Shown here: piece after piece, positions 35,479-43,231 of the stretch
Layout: every line of letters starts with the position of its first letter
Position numbering within the stretch: the first letter of the stretch is position 1
Assembly (NCBI GenBank): GCA_026419545.1
Contig: JANZZE010000001.1
Location: 904-64,903, forward strand
Length of the DNA: 64,000 nucleotides
Source of the DNA: Acidimicrobiales bacterium
Lineage (GTDB): Bacteria > Actinomycetota > Acidimicrobiia > Acidimicrobiales > Acidimicrobilacustridaceae
Direction of reading: 5' to 3'
Program-made: the position numbers and the translations under genes
The notes under the pieces: generated by a model
The model's input: the letters and a program-made list of their open reading frames with translations, nothing else
What the model was told of the DNA's origin: nothing
Database searches by the model: none

Positions 35479-36201
35479 ATGCGCATCGACATCTTGACAA
35501 TCTTCCCGACAATGGTCGACGGGTTCGCCCGCCAAAGCTTGCTCGGCAAGGCGCGCGAACGGGGCTTGCTCGACATCCGCGTCCATGACCTCCGTCAAGC
35601 GGCCGAGGATCCTCATCGTTCGGTTGACGACACGCCCTACGGCGGCGGAGCCGGCATGGTGATGATGGCTGAGCCGATCTTCGTCACGGTCGAGCGAGTC
35701 GCTCCGCCTCGCCCGCTGTTTCTCCTCGGTCCAGGCGGACGCCGTCTCGACCAGGAGCTCGTGAAGGATTTGGCCGCGCTCGAAGGATTCTCACTGCTCT
35801 GCGGGCGCTACGAGGGTGTTGACGAGCGAGTGCGGGCAATCGTCGATGGTGAGCTCTCGATCGGCGATTACGTGTTGGCCGGTGGCGAGGTTGCTGCGAT
35901 GGTCGTCCTCGAAGCGGTCGGGCGTTTAGTGCCCGGGGTGATGGGAAACCGAAGTTCGGCGGAGGAGGAGTCATTTGCCGACGGGTTGCTCGAATACCCG
36001 CAGTACACCAAGCCTGCATCCTTTCGCGGCATGGAGGTGCCGGAGGTCTTGCGTTCGGGTGATCACGGCAAGATCGCTCGTTGGCGGCGGGCCCAAGCGC
36101 TTCACCGGACCCTGCGAGATCGTCCAGATTTGATCGAGGCCAGAGGTGGGCTCACACCGGAGGAAGAGCGTCTTCTTGACGAATTCCCACCCGTGGTCTG
36201 A
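35479..36201 (+). CDS. trmD: tRNA (guanine37-N1)-methyltransferase
   Basis: [10 protein letters not shown]...[13 protein letters not shown]...[12 protein letters not shown], the full-length TrmD pattern. Confidence 0.95.
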   Translation: MRIDILTIFPTMVDGFARQSLLGKARERGLLDIRVHDLRQAAEDPHRSVDDTPYGGGAGMVMMAEPIFVTVERVAPPRPLFLLGPGGRRLDQELVKDLAALEGFSLLCGRYEGVDERVRAIVDGELSIGDYVLAGGEVAAMVVLEAVGRLVPGVMGNRSSAEEESFADGLLEYPQYTKPASFRGMEVPEVLRSGDHGKIARWRRAQALHRTLRDRPDLIEARGGLTPEEERLLDEFPPVV

Positions 36202-36226
36202 TCGCCCCACCCCCGTGGTCTGATCG
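36186..36226. repeat. Short tandem duplication spanning the trmD stop codon
   Basis: cccac-cc-gtggtctgatcg is followed immediately by cccac-cccc-gtggtctgatcg (gtggtctgatcg at 36193 and 36215, offset 22). Confidence 0.85.
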
Positions 36227-36380
36227 AGGTGAGGATGACGAGGTCTGTTCCCTGCACGGCGGCTTTGTGGAGGCCGACTGCTGCGGCGTATTCTTCGTCT
36301 TCCTCACACAGCGCGGATTTGCCGCCCACCCGGGTGGCCTGGTGCCGAACCGCTCGAGTCGCTCTCAGGAGAGCCCTGCA

Positions 36381-36728
36381 ATGAACTCCTCTATTGATCT
36401 CGTCGACATGCGCAGCATCCGTGACAACGTCCCGTCGTTCGGTCCCGGTGACACGCTCAAGGTGCATGTCCGTGTGGTTGAGGGCAACAAGGAACGTGTC
36501 CAGGTGTTCCAAGGCGTTGTCATCCGGCGCCAAGGTTCGGGTGCCCGTGAGACGTTCACGGTGCGGAAGGTCAGTTACGGCGTCGGGGTGGAACGCACCT
36601 TCCCATTGCATTCGCCAACGATTGCCAAGATCGAGGTTGTCACCCGTGGCGATGTCCGCCGAGCCAAGCTTTACTACCTGCGTGACCGAGTTGGTAAGGC
36701 GGCCAAGATCAAGGAAAAACGCGACTGA
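36381..36728 (+). CDS. rplS: 50S ribosomal protein L19
   Basis: The ATG at 36381 gives [48 protein letters not shown], the canonical L19 sequence. Confidence 0.92.
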   Translation: MNSSIDLVDMRSIRDNVPSFGPGDTLKVHVRVVEGNKERVQVFQGVVIRRQGSGARETFTVRKVSYGVGVERTFPLHSPTIAKIEVVTRGDVRRAKLYYLRDRVGKAAKIKEKRD

Positions 36729-36813
36729 CGAGCGTGCAGCTGGGCGGGGCTTCGGCGCTTACGCCCATGGGGTCTCCACGCACTCAGGGACGCTCTCACC
36801 CGGAAGGTGAGTC

Positions 36814-37137
36814 GTGAGCATCGAGGATCTTGAAAGCTATGAGGCCGACCTCGAGCTCCAGCTCGAGCGTGAGTACCGCGACGTCTACCCGATGTTCAGG
36901 TACGTCGTGGAGACCGAACGGCGGTTCTACCTGTGCAACGAGGTGGAAACCACGATTGAACACGAGGCTGGGCGCAGCATGATCAGCCTCGAGCTGCGGG
37001 ACGCCTGGGTTTGGGATCTCTACCGACAGAACCGTTTCGTCCCCGTCGTGCGGGTGATCACTTTCAAGGACGTCAACATCGAGCAGCTGCCCAGGGATGA
37101 GTCGTTGCACCTCGGCGACACGGGTGCTGTGGGATGA
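36814..37137 (+). CDS. DUF2469 family protein
   Basis: EDLESYEADLELQLEREYRDV...ETERRFYL...VWDLYR...VRVITFKDVNIE matches the actinobacterial DUF2469 pattern. It sits in the conserved position before yraN. Confidence 0.8.
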   Translation: MSIEDLESYEADLELQLEREYRDVYPMFRYVVETERRFYLCNEVETTIEHEAGRSMISLELRDAWVWDLYRQNRFVPVVRVITFKDVNIEQLPRDESLHLGDTGAVG

Positions 37138-37478
37138 CCCGGGCCAGCCAAGCGCTTGGGGCTTACGGTGAGTCTCTCGCAGCTGCCTGGTATGAATCGC
37201 ACGGTTACGAGGTGCTCGATCGCAATTGGCGGTGCCGCGAAGGGGAACTCGATCTGGTCGTGTGCCGGAATCGCTTGATCGTTTTCTGCGAGGTCAAAGC
37301 ACGCACGACCGACGCCTACGGGACGCCGGGGGAGGCGGTCACGTATCGCAAACGTCAGCGGATCCGGCAGCTCGCGGCAAAGTGGTTGGAGACGTCGCCG
37401 ATCCGACCTCGTGAGATCCGTTTCGATGTTGCCACCGTGTTGGGTGGCGAGCTCGAGGTGATCGAAGGCGCGTTCTGA
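37134..37478 (+). CDS. yraN: YraN family (UPF0102) endonuclease-like protein
   Basis: G.YGE..A..Y....GY.VLDRNWRCREGELDLV...FCEVKAR is the typical pattern. It overlaps the upstream gene by 4 nt. Confidence 0.85.
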   Translation: MTRASQALGAYGESLAAAWYESHGYEVLDRNWRCREGELDLVVCRNRLIVFCEVKARTTDAYGTPGEAVTYRKRQRIRQLAAKWLETSPIRPREIRFDVATVLGGELEVIEGAF

Positions 37479-37507
37479 CCGAGCTCCGGGCGTTGTGAAC
37501 CCAAACA

Positions 37508-37603
37508 GGCTTGGTCGGCGCCTTTGTGCCGCCCCGCTGCCGATCGAGTTGCCGGGTACGTTGCCAAGCCGCACCGGGGGCTTGGTCGGCGCCTCTGTGC
37601 CGC
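37508..37603. repeat. Two-copy 25-nt direct repeat, one mismatch, offset 71 bp (37508-37532 and 37579-37603)
   Basis: ggcttggtcggcgcct[t/c]tgtgccgc occurs twice, separated by a unique 46-nt spacer. Confidence 0.9.
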
Positions 37604-37607
37604 AGCT

Positions 37608-37718
37608 GGTTCAATAGCGGACCTTGCTGGTTGCCGGTTCAAACGTTGGCAGCACCCAAACCAATCAAAGAGCGGCTCACGGTTCAATAGCGGACCTTGC
37701 TGGTTGCCGGTTCAAACG
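37608..37718. repeat. Two-copy perfect 38-nt direct repeat, offset 73 bp (37608-37645 and 37681-37718)
   Basis: ggttcaatagcggaccttgctggttgccggttcaaacg occurs twice with a 35-nt unique spacer. Copy 2 ends 3 nt before the stop codon of the minus-strand hydrolase gene. Confidence 0.95.
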
Positions 37719-37721
37719 GGC

Positions 37722-38615
37722 TCAGTGTGGGATGAGGTGACGGTTGATCCAGTCGCCGGCTTCGGCGAGTGCCTCGTCGGCTTCGGGGACGAGTCCGGCG
37801 AAAAGCTGCCAGGCGTGGCACATTTCGTCGAACTCGGTCAGTTCGACGTCCACCCCCGCGGCCTTGGCCTTCGCCGCGAAACGACGTGCATCATCGAGGA
37901 GCACTTCTTTGCCGGCGACTTGAATGAGCAAAGGCGGAAGCCCGACCAGATCACCGAACAGTGGCGATACCAGTGGGTCGCTGAGCCGTTCACCGGCGTA
38001 GTTCGCAGCCCACCAGTCGAGAGTTGCCGGATCAAGGATGATGTCGCTTCCGGCGTTGGTGGCCATGCTGTCACCAGAACCGGCCAAGTCGAGCCAAGGA
38101 GAGAACAACACGCACGCGGCGGGCATTGGCATCTGCTCATGCTTGAGGCGAAGCAGCAGCGCAGCTGTGAGCCCACCGCCCGCTGATTCCCCAGCGACGA
38201 CCAAGCGGGACGGCTCCGAACCCTCGTCGATCAGTGCGCGGTAAGTGGCGGCCGCGTCGTCGAGCGCTGCGGGGAAGGGATGCTCGGGAGCGAGGCGATA
38301 GTCGATGAGCAGTGAACGGGCACGGGCCGTCACTGCGAGGCGTGAGACCATCGCCTGGTGGCTCTTGATCGAGCCAATGTTGTAGCCACCACCATGGAGA
38401 TAGATCAGGGTGCGCCCAGGGGCCGCGTTGATGGGCTCGAGCCAAACAGCTGGGACCGAGCCGATCTGGTCCGGCTCGACGGTGACACCGTCCGCGATCG
38501 GCACCGTGGCACCGAGCGTTTCGATCGCTTGGCGTTGTTCGTCGAGGGGCGTATCGGGTCGCAACCGCGTGGCCGAGAGCAGGGCGGCTATGTGGGTGAA
38601 TTGCTCGCTTGGCAA
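37722..38615 (-). CDS. Alpha/beta hydrolase, hormone-sensitive-lipase-like esterase family
   Basis: Oxyanion-hole motif HGGGY and nucleophile elbow GESAGG, with conserved Asp and His positions later in the sequence (DD..., CHAW). Confidence 0.85.
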   Translation of the reverse strand: MPSEQFTHIAALLSATRLRPDTPLDEQRQAIETLGATVPIADGVTVEPDQIGSVPAVWLEPINAAPGRTLIYLHGGGYNIGSIKSHQAMVSRLAVTARARSLLIDYRLAPEHPFPAALDDAAATYRALIDEGSEPSRLVVAGESAGGGLTAALLLRLKHEQMPMPAACVLFSPWLDLAGSGDSMATNAGSDIILDPATLDWWAANYAGERLSDPLVSPLFGDLVGLPPLLIQVAGKEVLLDDARRFAAKAKAAGVDVELTEFDEMCHAWQLFAGLVPEADEALAEAGDWINRHLIPH

Positions 38616-38630
38616 GGTCTCTCCTGTTGT

Positions 38631-39377
38631 TCAGCGGGTCTGGAGTTCTTCGGGCAGGTGGCTGACGTCGGAGAAGCGTACGAGGCTGAACGCATGGGCG
38701 CCGCTGATGGCAATCGGTTGGAGGGTGCTCACCGAAGCGTGGAAGGAAACGAAGCGCTCCCACTCCCAGGGAACCGGAGCGATCCCGAGCAGCCAACCGA
38801 TTGCGGTGGCGTTGGTGCCGGCATGGGCGACGACAAGGATGCGGGCATCGCGATCGGCGAGCTGCCACAACGGCGGAAACTCGGTGACCGGCTCGGCGCC
38901 ACGCCTCTCGAGCAAGCCGATGACCCCGTTGGTGACCCGGCGGTGGAAATCGCGGAAGCTCTCACCGCCAGGGAGACCGTCCCAAAGCTCGTCCACACCG
39001 CGTTCCCGGTTCTCGCGGAATATTCGCTCGACTTCTTCAGTCGGCGTTCCCTCCCACTCTGGTGCTGCGATCTCTGCCAGCCAGGGTTCGACGACCGGTT
39101 CGAGCCCAAGCGCGTCTGCGATCGGTTCGGCCGTCTGCCGGGCTCGGATGAGGGGGGAGACGAGCAGTTCGTCGACGGTTACTGCCGATAGGCGCTTGGC
39201 CAGGAGCGCAGCCTGCTCGTGGCCGATCGGAGTCAGTTCGGGGTCATCGACGCTCAGGCCGTTGCGCGACCAAGCGGGTTGTGCGTGGCGGACGAAGAGC
39301 AATTCCACGGGGGCAGCATACGGGCGGTCTATGACAGGGCCATGCCAGGCCGTAGTCGCCGCGACCCCGACGTGCAA
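38631..39377 (-). CDS. Histidine phosphatase (phosphoglycerate mutase-like) family protein
   Basis: LLFVRHAQPAW carries the RHG-type catalytic motif. A later H (VVAHAGT) is also present. The start may lie a few codons downstream. Confidence 0.8.
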   Translation of the reverse strand: MHVGVAATTAWHGPVIDRPYAAPVELLFVRHAQPAWSRNGLSVDDPELTPIGHEQAALLAKRLSAVTVDELLVSPLIRARQTAEPIADALGLEPVVEPWLAEIAAPEWEGTPTEEVERIFRENRERGVDELWDGLPGGESFRDFHRRVTNGVIGLLERRGAEPVTEFPPLWQLADRDARILVVAHAGTNATAIGWLLGIAPVPWEWERFVSFHASVSTLQPIAISGAHAFSLVRFSDVSHLPEELQTR

Positions 39378-39428
39378 CGTGCACGCCTGGCAGGGCGGGT
39401 TGTGGCAGCAAAGTGCCAGGCCGAGGCC

Positions 39429-39650
39429 TTAGCCGCCGCGACGGCGGGCTGGTGGCCGGTGGTGGCGCTTCTCCCAACAGCCTTTGTGCCAGTGCCGTCT
39501 CAGGTCCGGCGCGGACTTCGGTACCGCGACGATGTGTCCGGTACCAGGAGGGATGTCACGGTTACAGCCAGGACAGAGGTAGAGCTTGCGGGCTTCATAC
39601 GGCTGGACGCGTCGCACTTCGACCTCGTCGTCGCTGAAGCTCCAGATCAT
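39429..39650 (-). CDS. Small conserved Cys/His protein (putative zinc-binding), function unknown
   Basis: 73 aa reading MIWSFSDDEVEVRRVQPYEARKLYLCPGCNRDIPPGTGHIV...RRHWHKGCW. It has a CxxC plus HxxxC arrangement and a basic tail. Confidence 0.55.
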   Translation of the reverse strand: MIWSFSDDEVEVRRVQPYEARKLYLCPGCNRDIPPGTGHIVAVPKSAPDLRRHWHKGCWEKRHHRPPARRRGG

Positions 39651-39670
39651 GCGGAGTCAGTCCTCTTCTC

Positions 39671-39781
39671 TCAGCCCCGGATCGCCCAGAGTACGAGGAG
39701 CCCGCAGACGATCAGGGCCGACGCGACCATCACGTAGTCGCTGGCGGATCGTCGGTGTTTGCGGAACGGGTTGAATCCCAC
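39671..39781 (-). CDS. Possible small single-TM protein (36 aa from the GTG at 39781; the ORF is open to an ATG at 39892, giving 73 aa)
   Basis: (V)GFNPFRKHRRSASDYVMVASALIVCGLLVLWAIRG, a basic segment followed by one hydrophobic helix. The longer version would include the 75-bp-offset repeat in frame. The support is weak. Confidence 0.3.
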   Translation of the reverse strand: MGFNPFRKHRRSASDYVMVASALIVCGLLVLWAIRG

Positions 39782-39790
39782 ACCGGCAGT

Positions 39791-39898
39791 ATCGCCGGGC
39801 TGGCCCTCGATCCGCACGTTGCTGGAACGCGGCGAGGTGCGGTGAGTTTGCGCTCGGGTTCGTGCATCGCCGGGCTGGCCCTCGATCCGCACGTTGCT
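39791..39898. repeat. Two-copy perfect 33-nt direct repeat, offset 75 bp (39791-39823 and 39866-39898)
   Basis: atcgccgggctggccctcgatccgcacgttgct occurs twice with a 42-nt unique spacer. It lies between divergent genes. Confidence 0.95.
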
Positions 39899-39909
39899 AG
39901 GGTCCGGCT

Positions 39910-40257
39910 GTGATTCCTCGCCGATCCATTCTTCTCAGCGTCGTCATCGTGGTTGGTGGGCTCGTCGCTTCGGTTGGCTGCAGTTCCGGACCAAGTCGCC
40001 CGAGCGACCCGGTGCTCGCCCAGGGCTACGACATCTACCGAACGCGTTGTCAGGCATGCCACGGAGCGAACGGGGAGGGCCAGAGTGCCCCAGGGTTCAA
40101 GGGGATCGCTGACCGACTCTCCTTCGAGAAGCACGTAGAGAAGGTGGTCGATGGGGTGGACGGTACCCGCATGCCGGCCTGGAAGGGAATCCTCACCGAC
40201 GACGAGATCAATGCCGTGGTTCGCTACGAGCGAGAGGTTCTAGGTGCCAAGAACTGA
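39910..40257 (+). CDS. Small c-type cytochrome, probable lipoprotein
   Basis: Signal/lipobox-like LVASVGCSSG, haem-binding CQACHG, and a distal Met in GTRMPAW. Confidence 0.8.
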   Translation: MIPRRSILLSVVIVVGGLVASVGCSSGPSRPSDPVLAQGYDIYRTRCQACHGANGEGQSAPGFKGIADRLSFEKHVEKVVDGVDGTRMPAWKGILTDDEINAVVRYEREVLGAKN

Positions 40258-40542
40258 CCGTTGCCGCAGTCGGCGAGCGGGGTGCCGGTCAGCGGCCCGG
40301 TCGAGGCTCGGCGTGCGCGCTCCGGGACCGACTGGGATGGCCGACGTACTGCTCTGAGGTGCCGGCTAGCCGCCGGTTCTCGGCTTGGCTTGCGCTGTCG
40401 CACCCGTTCGGTAGTGTTCTCGCTATCGCGAAACGCGGCCGACAAGTGCCGCTGCGTTCTCGGCGACCGTGAACCGCCCCCTGGTTGTGTGATCGCTCCG
40501 ATGCCTCGGGGCCTGCCATCTCCTAGTCCAGAGGAGCTGCTC

Positions 40543-42057
40543 ATGCTCGCCACCGTGGCGTCTGCCTGCCTCATCGGGGTCGACGGCTATCCCGTCACAG
40601 TTGAGGTCCACATGTCGCAAGGGCTTCCGGGCTTCACGATCGTCGGTCGCCCTGATGCCTCCTGTCGCGAAGCCCGAGATCGGGTCCGGGCAGCCCTGCA
40701 CTCGAGCGGTATGCCGCTTGCCGCCAAGAAGATCACCGTCAATCTGGCTCCCGCCGGCCTGCGCAAGACCGGCGCGTCCTTCGATGTCGCCATGGCACTC
40801 GGCTTGCTGATCGCATATGAGATGTTGCCGCAGTCAGTGGTCGACGATGTCACTTTCATCGGGGAACTGGGTCTGGATGGGTCGATCCGTAAGGTGCCGG
40901 GCATGCTTCCGATGGTCGACGCGGCCAAGACCGACGTCGTCGTCGTTCCGCCCAGCGCTGTTTCTGAAGCACTGCTGGTCGGTAAGCCCAAGGTGCGGTG
41001 CGCGCCTGACCTGCGGAGCTTGGTCGAGGCGCTGACTGGTGAAGCGTCATGGCCTGACCTGCCCGAGCCAGTCGAGCCAGGACCATCGGCAGATCCGCCA
41101 GACTTGCGCGAGGTACGCGGTCACGAGGTGGCCCGTCGCGCTCTCGAAGTGGCCGCAGCCGGAGGTCACCATCTGCTCATGGTCGGTCCGCCCGGTGCGG
41201 GCAAGACGATGCTCGCCCGACGCTTGCCGGGGCTTTTGCCACCTCTCGACCTGCGGACCGCATTGGCTACAACCCGGGTTCATTCGGCTGCGGGAGCCGA
41301 GCTGCCGCCCGGTGGTCTAATTCGGGTCCCGCCACTACGGGCGCCGCATCATGGAGCATCGGCAGTGGCCATGGTTGGCGGCGGGACGGGTGCGATGCAG
41401 CCGGGCGAGATAAGTCTCGCTCACGGTGGTGTGTTGTTCCTCGACGAGCTCGGGGAGTTCTCTGTCGACGTTCTGGAATCGCTCCGTCAACCGCTCGAGG
41501 ATGGGTCGGTCCGGGTGGTTCGGGCCGATCACCGGGTGACCTTTCCAGCCCGATTCCTGCTCGTCGCGGCGATGAACCCGTGTCCCTGTGGTGAAGCAGA
41601 TCAACCAGGTGCGTGCCGTTGCTCGCCAGCCGCGTTGCTGCGCTACAGCCGACGGATCTCGGGCCCGCTGCTTGACCGATTCGATCTGCGTGTGAAGGTC
41701 ACCCGTCCGACCGCGCGAGAACTCATCGAGGGTCCGTCGGGAGAATGTTCCGAGGTCGTTGCCGAACGTGTTCGTCGGGCCCGGGAACGAGCCTGGAGGC
41801 GAGGGGTCGATGCCAACGCGCAGCTGTCCAGCAAGGCGCTCGAGGACTGTGCCCCACTCAAGCCGGCGGCGAGAGCCCTGCTCGAAGCGGCGCTTGTCAA
41901 GAACCAACTGAGCGCACGGGGTCTGCAGCGAGTGCGGGCAGTCGCGCTCACGTTGGCTGACCTCGCTGATGATGATCCGCCACTCGACTCCCGACACGTC
42001 GCGGTCGCGCTGGCGATGCGTATCGACCTCGGGGCCTATTACCGGAGGATCGCATGA
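40543..42057 (+). CDS. YifB/ComM family Mg-chelatase-like AAA+ ATPase
   Basis: I start at the ATG giving MLATVASACLIGVDGYPVTVEV. Walker A GPPGAGKTML is present. The upstream 94 codons of the ORF look non-coding (Arg/Cys-rich). Confidence 0.88.
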   Translation: MLATVASACLIGVDGYPVTVEVHMSQGLPGFTIVGRPDASCREARDRVRAALHSSGMPLAAKKITVNLAPAGLRKTGASFDVAMALGLLIAYEMLPQSVVDDVTFIGELGLDGSIRKVPGMLPMVDAAKTDVVVVPPSAVSEALLVGKPKVRCAPDLRSLVEALTGEASWPDLPEPVEPGPSADPPDLREVRGHEVARRALEVAAAGGHHLLMVGPPGAGKTMLARRLPGLLPPLDLRTALATTRVHSAAGAELPPGGLIRVPPLRAPHHGASAVAMVGGGTGAMQPGEISLAHGGVLFLDELGEFSVDVLESLRQPLEDGSVRVVRADHRVTFPARFLLVAAMNPCPCGEADQPGACRCSPAALLRYSRRISGPLLDRFDLRVKVTRPTARELIEGPSGECSEVVAERVRRARERAWRRGVDANAQLSSKALEDCAPLKPAARALLEAALVKNQLSARGLQRVRAVALTLADLADDDPPLDSRHVAVALAMRIDLGAYYRRIA

Positions 42058-43214
42058 GCCACTCGGTGCCTGATGAGGCGTTCGCGTTGGCGATCGCGAC
42101 GCTACCCGAGGTCGGTCCTGCTCGCCGCCTTGTCCTGCACCGTGCCGGCGATTTGCGCACGGTGTGGTCGCGTATCTGTGACGGGTCGATCGGTTGTGAT
42201 CCGCAAGTCCGTCGCGCACTGGGTCTAGGTATCGGGGAACCGATGCTCACAGAGGAATATTCGCCAATCATCCAGTCTTGGCAGGACCACGCTGCTTCCC
42301 TTGACCCTGCGGCCGAGCTGGACCGTCACCTCACTGCGGGAGTCGGCGTGGCGGCATTGGGATCAGCTCGTTATCCCGGGGCATTCGTGGAGGATCCCGA
42401 GCCACCGACAGTGGTGTGCTGGTTGGGCGACATCGACGATCTGGTCGGGCCCCGTGTCGCGATCATCGGTACGCGGCGCTGCACCCAGGCGGGTCGGGAC
42501 ACGGCCTTCGAACTCGGCTATGCGTTGTCGGCGGCTGGGGTATCGGTGGTCTCTGGGCTCGCGCTGGGGATCGATGCCGCGGCGCACCGGGGCGCGCTTG
42601 CTGCCGGGGGAGCGCCACCCATTGCCGTTGTCGGTAGTGGACTCGATGTGATCTACCCGCCGGCCAACCGTGCGCTCTGGTCCCAGGTAGCCGAGGCCGG
42701 CGTCGTTCTCACGGAGTTGCCGCTTGGGGAACCCCCGCGCGCGTGGCATTTCCCCAACAGGAACCGGATGATTGCCGCACTCGCGGATGTGGTGGTCGTC
42801 GTCGAATCCCGTCGGCGGGGCGGATCCCTGAGCACCGTGGCAGCGGCCATCCGGCGGGACCGTGACGTCATGGCGGTGCCGGGTCCAGTCCGCAGTCCGG
42901 CCGCCGAGGGCTCGAACGCGCTCCTCCGTGACTTCGGTGTGTGCTGTGACGCGACTGATGTGCTGCTTCGCTTGGGCATGTCACCGGCTGCTCGGCGCCC
43001 GAGTGCTGAGCAGCGTCCACTCCCTGAGGGGAACGCCGCCCTCATCCTCGATGCACTCGGTTGGCAACCATCCACGCTTGAAGACCTCGTGGCGCGCGTT
43101 CACCTGCCGCTCGAAGTCGTGACCTTGGCCTTGATCCAACTCGAGGAGGCGGGGTGGGTCAGCGAGCACGGCGGATGGTTTGAGCGCCGAGCCAAAACCG
43201 AGTTCGCGGGATGA
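42054..43214 (+). CDS. dprA: DNA-processing protein DprA
   Basis: IIGTRRCT..G......L...GVSVVSGLALGIDAAAHRGAL ... FPNRNR is the DprA Rossmann core. It overlaps yifB by 4 nt. Confidence 0.9.
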   Translation: MSHSVPDEAFALAIATLPEVGPARRLVLHRAGDLRTVWSRICDGSIGCDPQVRRALGLGIGEPMLTEEYSPIIQSWQDHAASLDPAAELDRHLTAGVGVAALGSARYPGAFVEDPEPPTVVCWLGDIDDLVGPRVAIIGTRRCTQAGRDTAFELGYALSAAGVSVVSGLALGIDAAAHRGALAAGGAPPIAVVGSGLDVIYPPANRALWSQVAEAGVVLTELPLGEPPRAWHFPNRNRMIAALADVVVVVESRRRGGSLSTVAAAIRRDRDVMAVPGPVRSPAAEGSNALLRDFGVCCDATDVLLRLGMSPAARRPSAEQRPLPEGNAALILDALGWQPSTLEDLVARVHLPLEVVTLALIQLEEAGWVSEHGGWFERRAKTEFAG

Positions 43215-43231
43215 CCAGAGCGGTCGAGCGC

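Noticed and set aside
37608-37718. ggttcaaac inside the 38-nt repeat looks like a tRNA T-loop.
   Set aside because: The flanking bases do not form a T-stem, and no acceptor or anticodon arms can be drawn. I found no tRNA-like cloverleaf in any intergenic region of the window.
40258-40542. gttctcg recurring three times (about 40376, 40414 and 40456) upstream of yifB as a repeat array.
   Set aside because: Only 7-9 nt are shared and the spacing is irregular (about 38-42 nt), which is consistent with chance in GC-rich DNA.
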